From a bacterium (GTDB taxonomy: Bacteria; UBA8248), in contig CBDBZY010000064.1 in assembly GCA_965213685.1 (NCBI GenBank), positions 96,001 through 160,000 on the forward strand: a DNA stretch of 64,000 nucleotides, in the 5' to 3' direction. Below the pieces are notes generated by a model, which was given only the letters and a program-made list of their open reading frames with translations, made no database searches and had not been told where the DNA came from. The translations under genes were made by a program, and so were the position numbers. Positions 14,301 to 27,260 of this stretch are shown here, piece after piece. Positions within the stretch are counted from its first letter, which is position 1, and each line of letters starts with the position of its first letter.

Positions 14301-17300
14301 AGGCCTTCACTATCAGAAATTTAGATAGCAAGCTGTCAACTAAATCTGACATAGAGCAGTACAAATTGCTCAGTGTCACAGAAGATCCTATTGATAATAG
14401 GCAGCAATATCTTGATGTAATGTGCTTTCCAGTACTCTTTCCGACTGGAAAGTTTGGTGAGTTTCACCCCAGGCAAGAGAAGCTTTCTCATAGTGAATAC
14501 ATAAAGTCTAGGTTACTGAATAGAGATTCACGTTTCCGTAAAGCTCCACAGTATGTATTCTATCTCCTGTGGCAGAAGGAAATGAGAGAGCTCTCTGCTG
14601 GTGTTTACAACCTCCTGAAAACTACAAGAAGGTGTCCCATGTCAGTTAGTATGTTCTTAGATAGTGTAGAAGCTTCTAATGAGCATCTTGAGGCAAATTT
14701 ATCCACAATGCTTCAGTCAGTGCATGGTACAAAACAGCACTGGTTCTTAAGGCAGAGTGAACTGAAATGCATGATTCGTGAGTGGGGTTCACCTACTCTG
14801 TTTCTAACATTTAGCTGTGCTGAATATGAGTCTCCTGACATCACTGAGTTTCTCAGGAGAGTGAATGATGTTTCCTCAGGATATAATATTGGGAAACTTT
14901 GCACAGAAGATCCCATATCTGTCTCTAGACAGTTTTCCTTAAAGTTCCATGCTTTCTTTCATATTGTTCTATACTGAAGGGTGAGGTTCTTGGTAAAGTA
15001 GATCACTTCTACTGGAAGGAGTACCAAGCTCGTGGGGCTCCTCATTATCATGTGTTACTGTGGATAAGAGATGCCCCTGCCATAGGTAGAGATGATCCTG
15101 ACCAAGTGGTTGCATGGATTCAGGACAGAATCACTTGTCACATTCCTGATAAGGATTCTAATCCTGAATTACATGGGCTAGTCACTAGGTACCAGCTTCA
15201 CAAATGTAGCAAATATTGTAAGCGGCGAAAGAAGTGTGGTAAGCACACCTTTATCACTAGATGCCGCTTTGGATTTCCTCGCCAGGCATGTGATAGTGCT
15301 AAGCTGAATCCTGTGCAACAGAGCTTGAAGTCACGTAGTAGAATCTACCAGCTAAAGCGCATGGATTCAGAGGTGAGAGTGAATGACTACAATCCTTTGT
15401 TGCTAATGCTATGGAAAGCTAACATAGACATTCAGTTTGTAGCAGAATCCTCACTGGCACTTGCTCACTATGTCAGTGGTTATGTCACTAAGGCAGAGCG
15501 TAGTAACAGGCAAGAGATCTGGCAAGAGGTTAGTGAGAATAAAAGCATTTACAGCCGCCTCTGGAGCTTTGGTATGAGGAGCTTACGCTTTCGTGAGTGT
15601 GGTCTCTATGAAGCTAGTGACCTATTACTTGGTGACCATCTCAGTGAGAAATCTGACACTGTTAAGTGGTTAGATGTATCCATGCCTCATAAGAGAAGCC
15701 GTCGGCTGAAGGATCACAGAGTGTTGAAAGTGATTGCTGAACATAATCCAGATACTGAGGACATCTTTGAGGATAACCTTATTGATACCTTTTATCCTCA
15801 GAGACCTCAGGAACTGGAAGATGTTTGTCTCTACGACTTTGTAGCAAACTATGATTGGCAAGGTCGAGATGATCAGGGCAAAAGGAAGTACAAGAGGCTT
15901 ACAAAAGCACAGCTTCCCAACCACAAACTTTTTGATCCAGAAAATGTCAACCAAAGGGACGAGTATTACTATTCCCTAGTACTTCTGTTCTGTCCATTCA
16001 GGGATGAGAGTACCCTCCTTCATGAAAATGAAATGCCTGAACAAGCATTTCACAGATTGGTAACTAGCCAAAGTTCTAATTGCCATGCCAAACTTCAGGT
16101 CATGTTGGCTGCTCGCTCTAATGTAAAACAGATCAATGAAGCCAGACAGGCTGATGGTGAAGAAGACAAAATGAGCAAGGAAGATGATGACCCGCAGTTG
16201 CTTGGTGAAGCCAAAACAGCTATGCATGATGTATTCAACATGAATGCCATCACATGTAATGATTTCACATTAGAAGAGAGGGTAGCCATGCTCAATGCTG
16301 ATCAGAGGCGTATCTTCGAAAACGTCAAGGCTCACCACCTTCATCAGCAATGTCATGAAACCAGAGAATGTGAGTGTGATCTCAAACCACTTCACGTGTT
16401 TGTCAGTGGTGTAGGAGGCACTGGCAAACCATTTTTAATAGAAGCGATCAAGGCTTGGGTTAGCAGCACTTGGTCATTAGATTGTTTGACATGTGCTATA
16501 GCAGCACCAACTGGTTTGGCTGCTTTCAATGTAGGTGGTATTACCATTCACAGGCTATTCCAACTGCCTGTTGAGCATGAGGGTAAAAGTGCTACATATT
16601 GGTCTCTTCCCAAACCCTCACAAAAGGTGATGAAAAACACACTTTGTCATGTGAAAATATTCATCATTGATGAAGTTTCCATGGTCTCCAGTCTCAACTT
16701 GGCATACATTCACATGAGACTGGAGGAACTGTTTGGTGGGGGGGAATGGTTTGGATCAAGAAATGTGCTCTTTGTAGGTGACCTACTTCAACTGCAGCCA
16801 GTTAGTGGCAATCCTGTATTTGAAAGGATTGCCACTAAATCACTGCTTTTCAAACTTGGCTGTGCAACATCTGTGAACATTTGGAAAGAGTCGCTCATTT
16901 ATGAGGAACTAACAATCAATGAGTGGCAAATAAAAGATGAAGAGTTTTCATTGATGTTGGACTGTGTTAGGCATGGTTGTCCAACAGAGGAGACTCTTTG
17001 TACACTAAAGCAACGAGTCATAGAGGTGTCGGTTTCAGATAAGTTCAGTGAGCTTCAGCAGTTGGGTCAGACACCTGTTTGCCTGTTCCCGACTAGGAAA
17101 TCCTGTGATGACTTCAATGCTAAGATGCTTAAACATCTCACTTCTGAAGTACATGACCTCATGTGTACGGATGAAATAGACGAAAGTGCAAGTACACATG
17201 AGTGGAGCAAAAAAGCAGCTGAGAGCTTAGAAAAACTTAACAAAGACTGTAACATGACAGCTGGGTTGGAGGCCAAGCTTTCACTAGCAGTAGGTGCACA

Positions 17301-20300
17301 AGAGTCATGTTACGTCGCAATATTGACACCAAGGCTGGACTGGTGAATGGTGCCCTTGGCACTGTTTTGTCAATTACATTAACCAGTGTAACAGTTCAGT
17401 TTGATCACATACATCACCCTCATAACGTAGAAAGGGTGAAAAGCAGATTTATGGTAATGAAAAATTTTTACATCTACAGAAGACAGTTTCCACTAATCCT
17501 TGCTTATGCTATTACCATTCATAAATGCCAGGGTTTGTCACTAGACTGTGCCATAGTAGACCTGTCTGACCAGGTGTTTAGTCCTGGAATGGCCTATGTA
17601 GCACTGTCTAGAGTCCGATCTCTTTGTGGACTATACCTATCAGTATTTGATTCCAAATCAGTGATGGTTAGTCCAAAGTGTATAGGAGAAATTAACCGAC
17701 TAAGGAAAGCCTTTAGAAGTGATCTCCCACTGTATGCCATGCCCCTTGAACGCGCTAAAACTAAGCGTAAACTCACTGCTACTAGCCAGCATGATGAGCC
17801 TAAGCCAAAGAAATGCAAATATGAACCCCAGTCACTTTTGAGGCCACACAAAATTAAAAGGAAACGAGCATGTACAGGTGAAGATGAGGCCCCAGCTAAG
17901 AGAGTACATTGTGATCAGGACTGTGCATTTCTGCTGGAGGAACCATGTCCATATAAGTTCAACCCAGTTGGTGAGGTATGGCAGTGCAGTGTTAGTGCCA
18001 TGCTGGACCTTCAGTTTGTTAGGAAAACCAGAGTGAGGCCAGGGGGCCCAAATGTACCCCTGACACCTCCTGACATGCATACAGTGAAGCACATCACAGG
18101 AGATGGTAATTGTCTATTCCGCTCCTTTGCATACATAATGACTGGGTCTGAGGACCAACACATGGCTGTTCGCACTGCTATTCTACAACATATGATCAAT
18201 GTTGGTCATTTCATTCTTGGTCATCATGTGCTGAACTACTCCAGTATTCAAGATTACATTGCAGATACAAATATGGACAGAGAATCAGCCTGGGGTACTG
18301 ACATTGAAATGCTTACTCTAGCACACTTACTACAAACTCCTATTCTATCATATAGTGCACAGGATAGACGATGGAGCAAATATGCTGCTCATGATTTAGA
18401 CAGAACATTGAATCATGATGTGACACAAATGTCCATGTATCTGCTGTATAGATACAACCATTTTGAGGTTGTATGCTCAGTACGTAAATAAACAGTTTGT
18501 CACCATATTCAAAACAAGAAACATGCAACACATCCTTGCATAGGGTACTTTCTAGATCAAAAGTGTGAGGTGAAAAGTGCAACAATGATCACAGACATTG
18601 TGTGAGGGGGGGAAAGGGGAGGGAAATTACATATGGTTCCCCCATACTACAGAACAAATATGAAGCAATCAATGTGGCTTCATCAGTCATGTGTGTCCAT
18701 GTATGTGCTTTAATGAGTATTCGGTGCCTACCTGATGACACATTCATCTCCAATGTACATTTATATTTTACATATACATTGTTATCAGGATGCTCTGTGG
18801 CACTTACAGTGACCTCGGGCTCATGCAACCCTCACATACAGAATGCAGCTAAGTGACAAATGCCCAGCACTGCTGTCACCTAGTTCCACATCATAAGTCT
18901 GAGGTATGCCACCTCACAGATCTGCTTACACTTCAAAAATTCTGTCAAGACTGAGTACAGTCAGTTCACACCTTTTGGATGCTGCAGCTAGAGATTCAAT
19001 GTCACTGTACCTCATTTGGATGCTGCATTTCAGAGTGAACTCAGCTTGCACATCCTTCAAATGGATAGTGCAGCACAGCCACATTGCCCTTTAAATGTGA
19101 GGTACTCCCAATGGTGACTATATTTATCTAGTTTGCACATCCATAGGAGAGTGGTTCTGGCTTGTCTCAGCTCACACGTGTGTGGTGACTATACCACCAC
19201 ACTCCTAGAGCACCACAAGAGTGACCTTATACTCTGTGTGTGTGTACACCTGCCTGTGGGCCTGCCTGTCTAGATGAGCATGACATGGACACGTGCCTAG
19301 CACTGTCTCCCTAATGCTGCACTTCCAACTTGTGTACTTTGTCCTAGAGTCTGATGACTTGTGTGTACATGTCCAACTCCTCTTTCACTTCTCTTTCAGG
19401 TGTGCCCAAGGCTGTGTACAACTGGTTGAGGTCTTGGTCCCTATGTGTGCAGTGTCACCTTACACCGTAGCAGAAACTCCTCCCCTACCCTTTCCAGCAT
19501 CTGGCTTCTGGCATGTAGTTGCCAATTAAACTGCACTTGGGACTAGTCCAGGAGTCTGGGGGCTCTTGTGTGCCTATCTAACTCCTCCTTTTTCTCCTCT
19601 CTGTTAGGTGTCCCAAAGCCTGTGTGAGATCATGTCACTACCAAGTGGTTGAGATACTGTACCTAGTGTCAACTTACATGGGAGAGCATGAATTCCTCCC
19701 CCTACCCACTTCTAGCCTAGGGCTTCCTGCATGTGGTTACCATTAACACTGCACTTCCAACTGCTGAACCTAGTGACCCAGTCCTTGAGTCTGATGACTA
19801 TTGCCTCTTCCCCTCTCAGGATGTGGTGGAATGATGTCATCAGTCTGTGGCAAGCATCCTCCTGTGCAGTCATCACTGTTTCAAAGGTATATTTCAGGTG
19901 GGTACTACAGCTGCAATCTTCGGAGCACTTCCATCAATCAAGTACCTGTGACACATACAATATTTCCTCTACTTCTTCAGTCTTCCTTCACCCCTGTGTT
20001 TCACTGATGTTCTCCAGAGGTATATGTGCAATGAAGTCATCACCAGCAGGTAAGATAATCACTATAATTATACAATGTGAGCAGTGTCTAGTAGCTCACA
20101 TGGCTAATCATTGGTCTTTTATACTTCACAACCTCAGCCTGGCTGGATTTGGAGATCATTTCAAGAAGTTACAACTACAGGTATTTGTCATCACTCATGC
20201 AACTATTACCTTGTAATCCTTTCAGTATGTTCTATTTTCCTACCCTTGACACAGTCCTGTTGCCAAATATGCAAATACACCATAGAGCCCACTGTTCACT

Positions 20301-20640
20301 ACCAGATGCAATGAAGACAAAGATCACAATTTTCACAATTCAGACCTGACCATTTTTGTTAATCTTGGGAATGGCACATATTTCTGTTCCAAGTGTTTCT
20401 ATTTTTCTGTACACTTCCATCCCTACATCTTTTTTTTTTCAAGTGCAACCCTCTCATACCATAGCCTAGGTATACACAGTACTATCATGGAGAAAAAAGA
20501 TGTAGGGATGGGGTTACTTGTGTAGTCCTTGTATACCCTGTCTTGCCTGGACACTGCCACCACCATATCTAGTTTCTGTTGTTTTTGGCACTGCCATCCC
20601 TACATCCCTCAACATTTTTTGAAAATGTTTTTATTACTTG
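11334..20640 (+). mobile_element. Autonomous-type Helitron family A (5'-truncated, decayed)
   Basis: Contains the RepHel-OTU coding region. The 3' end gccatccctaca...aacatttt/aaaatgtt hairpin...tacttg|t is shared with 6683-6830. 11334-11390 resembles the reverse complement of 7560-7612 and 63160-63215. Confidence 0.8.
12235..18491 (+). pseudogene. Helitron Rep/helicase polyprotein: basic repeats, Cys-rich/DUF6570-like region, HUH Rep, PIF1 helicase, C-terminal OTU protease (frameshifted)
   Basis: Rep motifs PTLFLTFSCAE, KEYQARGAPHYHVLLW and YVSGYVTK. PIF1 motifs VSGVGGTGK, APTGLAA, IIDEVSMV, GDLLQLQPV, AITIHKCQGLSL and YVALSRV. OTU motifs GDGNCLFRS, WGTDIE and NHFEVV. Split into 7 ORFs in changing frames. 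Confidence 0.92.
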
Positions 20641-20747
20641 TATGATTATAACTAAAGAGCTTCGTGCACACAGAGAATGCAGTAGAAGTACTTACATGGT
20701 TATGCTGTGAAAGTACTGTCCTTTCATTGTTTGACAAACTGAATTAT

Positions 20748-20972
20748 ATTAGCTATGTAGCTATGTAGACAAACTCTAGTAAACACTGCCGGAACATCAT
20801 ACACCAAATCTTTCTTGCAGGACTCTTATACAAAGGCTCTACACTTCATTCAGAGCTATATACATGCTCCAGCATACATATATTAAATGACTGTTTGTAT
20901 ACCAGCCTCTAGAATGGTAGTGCCTAGTATTCCGCTCATGTGACATCTCAAATGCATGGCTGTTGAGTGGAA
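20748..20972. repeat. Block duplicated at 63460-63690 (3' flank of sulfatase copy 2)
   Basis: The sequence tatgtagacaaactctag...gttgagtggaac is shared. Confidence 0.85.
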
Positions 20973-21030
20973 CACTATACATGTAGCTTCAGAATTTACT
21001 GTACTTTAAAAATGATGTATAGTGCAGGCT

Positions 21031-22827
21031 TTAGATCGAACTTCCAGGACAACCACATTTACCACTAAACATCTCTGATGGCCTTCTATCATGTGTAGAT
21101 ATGCAACCTATGTCTGTAGCACTTTTGTTTACTGACTGAAGAAAGTCTTGTAGCTCTTGTTTCAACACTGGTACAAGGTCAGTGTGCTGGTGAGATATAT
21201 CAGTTGTTTCTTTAGGATCGGCTACCACATCATAAAGATTGACACTCTGTATGTTTCCTTTATTGTACTCAACAACAAATTTTTTGTGAGTCTCATAATA
21301 CTGCACCATAGAAAGATGAGTTTAAATCTCCTTTTTTAATGTGAAAGGCAAAAGCAATTGAACTATTGCGATGATTGACATCTCCTTTGAGAAATGGTAG
21401 GATAAAAACACCGTCTATTGGTCGATCTTGAGGAGGATCAATGCCAAGGATATCACACACAGTTGGTAGCAGGTCATTTGTCACCACAGGATAATTGGAC
21501 TTTCGATTGGCTTTAATCACTGCTGGCCATTCTAATATTGCAGGGACTCGAATACCACCTTCAAACACTGTCCCTTTCTCTCCTCTCAAACCAGCTGTAG
21601 AGCCTGGAGTGCCTTTCTGTGGGCCATTGTCACTTGAGAACCACACAAATGTGTTGTCCTTAATGCCATATGTTTTCAGTAAACCTCTGACTCTCCCTAT
21701 TGCTTGGTCCAGTTGCGATATAGCTCCATAGTAATGGGTAACATCTCTTGAGTAACCTTGTTTTCTGTACATAGTGTAGTAGGGATCAAGAGCATAGTAC
21801 ACACGATGCACTTCATGAAATGCAAGTATAACAAAAAATGGCTTTTCATTAGAATGCGATTCTTGAAGATATTTCTCAAACATGTCCACAATGAAATCTA
21901 AATCTCCAGCTATGACATCATTGTAGGCCTGCAATGTTTTTGACTCCATATCCATGTAGTGATAATCTCTGCAGGTTTTGTGTTGGTACTATCTCTTCTC
22001 AACAGTGCAATTGAAGTGTTCAGAGCATTGGCAGTTTGGTGCCACTGAGGATGTGTCTCTTTCACTTACTATAACCACTGGTCAAAACCATGCATGCCAG
22101 GATGCGGACACAGGCCACTTCTTGTTACCCCCTTCAATAACTTTCAAATCACCAACATGCCATTTCCCAAATATGGCAGTTTTGTAGCCTTCGTTCTTCA
22201 GAAGTTCAGGCAGTGTTACTTCAGAGGTAGGTAGCAGCATAGAACAGAGGCATTCGCCATCATTACATGGAACACCCACGTGCCAGATACAGTACCGATT
22301 GTGGTTACGTCCTGTCAACATGTAGAGGTGCCTCTGGTTGGTGAGCAAACAGGACCTCCCAAATAAAACCTCATTAGGAGGACACTGTTTGTTCCTCGGG
22401 CCATTTGGTTGAGATTTGGTGTCTTAGCCTTTCCTCCATTATACTCCACGTCACCATAGCCCAGGTCATCAGCTAATAAGTACAGAATATTTGGATGTTG
22501 CAATGGATTCTTGTGTCTGTTAAGTAGTGAAAAATTGTCCTCAAGAAAGTTAGGAAACCTATATTGTTTGTTCTTACTCTTCTCCTAAAAGTAGTGTCAT
22601 TGACATCTCCTAGGTAGTGAATGTTTGTCCTCTATAGGAAATCTAAATTGTTTCTCCACATTAGCTGATGTCATACTTGTGTTTGAAATCTTGTCTTTCT
22701 TGCTGTCTACACTTCTCATTAAAGTAATGCCATTGATATCTCCTAGTGTGCTGTACAACACAGATACTAAGATACCTACCACTACTGTCGCTAGTATTAT
22801 TGCCACTCTGAAATCTCCCACTTTCAT
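21031..22827 (-). pseudogene. Arylsulfatase copy 2, frameshifted
   Basis: Full-length homology to 48593-50278 but broken into five ORFs (22597-22845, 22315-22503, 22082-22348, 21293-21955, 21031-21309). The CSPTRG motif is followed immediately by a frameshift. Confidence 0.92.
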
Positions 22828-23137
22828 AGTTTGGTGAGGAGACACACCTGCAGCTGTAGTACAGAAGGAAGGAACAATGCTAGGAAGTGATCTCTACACA
22901 AGCAGGGTATACAAATATATATAATGGGGTGTGTATAAGCAAAAGACATACAGGGTACTGACATAATTAACATTCCCTTTTATTTTGAGCCATCCACATA
23001 CAAAATGTAAGCAAACATGGGCTGTGTACAAGCATGGAACATGCCCTGCAACAATTCCATGGTAATTGGGGCGAGTCTGAGCGAGCCCCTCCTAGTCGCC
23101 TCAACGGCTGCGCTGTCTATATACATGTATATATATA

Positions 23138-25491
23138 CTAGGCTAATGCAGAGCGTTGTGGGCGAGCCAGCTACTGTAATGAATTTATCTATCTTCATTG
23201 ACATTTTAAAAGGTTTATTGTTTGTATGTTACGATTGATCTTCTTCAACATGTACTTCCCTATAAAGAGGCCTGTTGGTGACTAAGTGGAAACAAAGTTA
23301 ATGTCCATGGTTAGAGGTAAATTGTATGTAGAGGCTGCATGTAAGGTGATGTGTGATCATTGCCAGCTGCTGCTGCACCAGTGGGGAAGAGAGTGGGAAA
23401 GGCACAGGAGAAGTATATAGCCTTTCGTAGTGAACTCATTGATGGGAGTTCCATTGATGGATGGCCACATGAGTGTTGCAGATGAAGTATCTGCAAGTTG
23501 GCTCGGTTGCCACTACTGAACTGAATGCATCTTGCTCCATCATTGAATGGATAGCAACAGGACTGTGCAAGATGGGACTTGTGGCAGTCAAGGTCATCTG
23601 CTGCTGGCTCATCATTCTCTTCAGGCTGTCTAGTGTAACAGAGGCAAGATTCGAGAGATTGCCATCTTGTGGCAGTCGAGCACGTACACTCTAATTGATG
23701 CAACCATGGTTGGCATGATAGTACATGATGTGACATAACAACCACTGAAGAGCTTGGTCAACTGCAGCGCTGCACACGAAAGTTCTGATGTGAGTGATTG
23801 GCACCTTGCTTTCTCACACTAAAGATCTCTAGCTTGGAGGATAGCTGAGGAAGTCTATGGGTAAATGATGTCACATCTTGGGGCAAGTTAATAACATGCT
23901 GACCATAGCCATACTGTTGTTGAGGCAACCTGTATATGGACATGATATGTTTAATCAACATCTCCCGGCCCCCTGTATACAAAAGCGCATTAAGTAATAC
24001 ATATGTATATCAAATGTCAGTGTGGGTGTGTTCAGATTAAGTAGGACACACCTACATACTTGGTATTAGACAGGAGTATGTAACATCTATATACTAATCT
24101 GCAGCTGAGGAGGAACAGGGCCAGGATTCATGTTGTTTGCACATTGGGAATTTGCTTGTCCTGTGTACGGTGTATGCACTTAGGAGAGGTAGCTTTGATA
24201 CTCATTCTGGGGAATCTCTCCAGACAAGTACTGCACTTGGTTACCTTAAGTGCCACCAGGTGAGAATGAAACCCGGCTATCTTAGAATGAACAGCAGGCT
24301 GGTGAAAGAGTGATGATTGGAAGTCAATCTGATCCTGCTGGAGTCTATTACTCTCTCTGCATCCATTTCCACAGCTCAGGTCTCTTGTTGCACACTCCTG
24401 CTCTGTTGTAGATGAGCTACCCTCTCCTCCCTAGTTTCAGAGGGCAATCTCTGATCTTGGTTGAATGAAGCTTGCTGTAGACGGACTGCTCTCTCAAGTC
24501 TCTGTGACCAATCTCTGCTGTTAACTGAAGCTACGTCGCTAGCTTTGAAAGTCGACTGGACAGCACGATGAGCCATAACGCGAATTCTCCATCATTTTAG
24601 TACGGCCGCTTGTCTAGCTTGAGTGCATGGGCAACATGACGAGCGTTATCGCGAAGTCTCCGTCTCACTAGTCTCGCTGAAGACGAGGCCTGGTTGTAAC
24701 AGGCAGCTGCCTAGCTCCCCCTCTCGCTCTCTTCCGGAGGCATGGTCTGGTTGAAAGGTGCATCTCCTTCCCTAGCTGCAGTTCTCTCAAAGTAAACCGT
24801 GTGCTAGTTGAATGTAGCCTGCCGCAGATGGGCTGCTCTCTGCTCTGGAATTTCTGAGTGTAATCTCTGCTATTGACTGAAGCTAGCCTCGTCCCCAGGC
24901 TCTCCCCCCGCAAGCGTCATAATAATTGCGTGACCTTTGATCGCACGCGCAGCCTAAAGTTTGCAGGGTCAAAAGTCACAACGTTATTATTGCGCGTGCG
25001 GCTGCGAAGCCTGGAGACGAGGCTAGACTGAAGCTAAGTCGTTGCAATCGTACTTCTCTAGCTTCGGAATTTGACAGGGCAGCACGATGAGCCCTATCCT
25101 CCGTCTTTCTAGTAAGGCCGCTTGCCTCTCGTTTATCTACATGTATGGTCTAGCTTACAAGTCCTATCGCCGTCTCACTAGTCTTGCTGGAGACGAGGCC
25201 TGGTTGTAGCAGGCAGCTGCAAAGCTCCCTCGCTCGGCGACATGGCCTGGTTGAAAGGGATAGCTTTTTCCCTAGCCGCACTTCTCGATCTCCACCTTTA
25301 CCGGATGTGATGGAGCCGGCTTTACGTTTGCGCGTAGCGCGGGGGCACCCGGGGGCCAAAAGGACGTACTATATAAATATATACAATATAAATATACGAT
25401 ATAAATATATATGCAGACAGGGGGCCATTGAGTTCAGATGAGTTCATTGAGTTCAGATGAGTGCCGAGTGGGCTCGTTCCCGCTCGCCCAT
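23138..25491 (-). mobile_element. Internally deleted Helentron/Helitron2-type element (family B) with both termini
   Basis: 5' end aatgggcgagcgggaacgagccc; 3' end gctcgcccacaacgctctgcattagcctag. Coding remnants SETREERVAHLQ, IYRLPQQQYGYGQHVINLPQDV (DUF6570-like) and AFPTLFPTGA. Confidence 0.75.
24884..25025. mobile_element. 142-bp TAG-ended MITE (AcademH-like) with 9-bp TSD
   Basis: TIR tagcctcgtccccaggc / gcctggagacgaggcta, flanked by gactgaagc at 24875-24883 and 25026-25034. Confidence 0.8.
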
Positions 25492-25510
25492 TATGGTGGT
25501 ACGTACGTCA

Positions 25511-25915
25511 TTCCGTAAATGTTCCACGTCTCGATTTATGCGAATGATGTTATTCCGTAATTCCGGTTCCGTAAATGTTCCACGTCTCGATTTATGCGAA
25601 TGATGGTATTCCGTTGATTCTAGCTAGCTACAGAACTAGCTAGCTGTAAATGGTCCACGTCTCGATTTATGCGAATGATGTTGCGTGTACTTGACCTCGA
25701 TCTGCACATGTACGTGTATCATAGATGCACAAGAGAGAAGAGAAGCTAGGCTTAGTCGTAGAAGAGAGCGTGAACGGTGGAATCGTGCTTTGGAAAGTGC
25801 AGAAGAAAGAGAAGCACGGCTGGCGAGGCGGAGAGTAAGGGACAGAGCTCTGCGAGCTGCACAGTCTACTGCCCAGCGAGAAGAAGCTCTACAACGCAGA
25901 AGGGAGCGCGAATTC
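25511..25915 (+). mobile_element. Short tandem repeats plus an Arg/Glu-rich repeat remnant typical of Helitron N-termini
   Basis: Three copies of gtaaatgttccacgtctcgatttatgcgaatgatg; peptide REARLSRRRERER...ESAEEREARLARRR. Confidence 0.5.
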
Positions 25916-26069
25916 CGCACAGAGTTTACGTACGTACGTACGTACGTCCACGTACATATACGTTTGTACAGCGCTTTTCAATTGCGTTGAGAAATTCCGT
26001 GGTTCCGGAATTCCGCCCTCATTACGTGTACAGTAATCCGTGTATTTCCGTCTTGCGCAGAGCTTAAAA

Positions 26070-27037
26070 ATGTTTACAGCAGAGCCAGCCAGAAACAAGG
26101 CTTACTCTTCGGATCTCAGATGGAGAATAGTCTACCAAAGAATTGCAAGGAACCTAACATTTGAGAAAATTGCCAAGAATCTTAGTATATCAACCGCTAC
26201 TGCTCATCGTATTTATACTCAATTTCACCGAACTGGAGGTATTGAAGTAACCCAGCAAGCCAGTGAGCACAATTTAAGGAGATTAACTGACAGAGCTGAA
26301 CTCTATGTAGTAGGTTTAGTACTTGCAAATCCTCCTTTGTACCTCTCCGAGATGTGTCAGTCTGTCAAGTCTACTTTTGACATTGAAGTGTCCCCGTCAA
26401 CCATATGTAGGCTTTTGCAAAGGTACGGACTAACCCCCCCCAAAAAAGGCAAGTCGTATTACAACAATGCGATGCACTACGAGGAACATTCATGTCTCAG
26501 ACTTTCATGTTTCAGCGGAATATGTTTGTATGGCTCGATGAAAGTGGTGCAGACAGAAGAGATAGTTTGAGGAAGTTTGGCTACGCACTTAGCGGGACAG
26601 CTCCTGTTAGCCACCGATTTCTTTGTAGAGGGCAAAGAGTCAACGCGATTGCTGCAATAACGGCTGAGGGAGTTTTGGCAGCAGAAATCACAAAATTCTT
26701 TGATTTTCTCAGGGGAACACTCATTCCTAAAATAAGAGCGTTTGATGGAAGTAGTTCACACTCTGTGCTAGTTTTGGATAACTGCTCTGTGCACCACATT
26801 CCTGATGTAACTGAGCTGCTTTCAAACGCTGGAATTGTTGTCCTGTTCCTTCCTCCATATAGCCCAGATTTAAACCCAGTCGAAGAGGCATTCAGTTTTA
26901 TTAAACAATACCTTAGGCAACATGATGAGCTGCTGCAATCATTGCCGGACCCTTCAGATGTACTGCAAGCTGGTTTTGATGCAATAACCAAGAATCACTG
27001 TGAGGCATGGATTACTCATTCTGGATATGCTAAGTAA
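26070..27037 (+). pseudogene. Tc1/IS630-type DD34E transposase (one frameshift, small deletion)
   Basis: N-terminal HTH (AYSSDLRWRIVYQR) and catalytic WLDESG...VLDNCSVHH...FLPPYSPDLNPVEE with 34 residues between the second D and E. A -1 frame change occurs at the C8A6 run 26434-26447. Confidence 0.9.
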
Positions 27038-27260
27038 ACACATGCACATTATGCTAATCCACAATACTGTACTGAGCTTTGTTTACACACATCAATGGAA
27101 GTAGAAACACAAACAATATTGTATTGCTGAACTGAGTTTTGTTTACACACATCAATGGAAGTAGAAACACAAATGAAATGCAGCGTCAGTTTGAGATAAT
27201 ATCCTTGAGTAATGATGACACCAGGTGTACTGAACTATATCCTTGCATGTCCTCACAACA

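Noticed and set aside
26430-26450. Programmed -1 frameshift in the transposase, as in bacterial IS630
   Set aside because: The position is suggestive, but there is no in-phase X XXY YYZ heptamer and the copy has other decay; a homopolymer indel is simpler.
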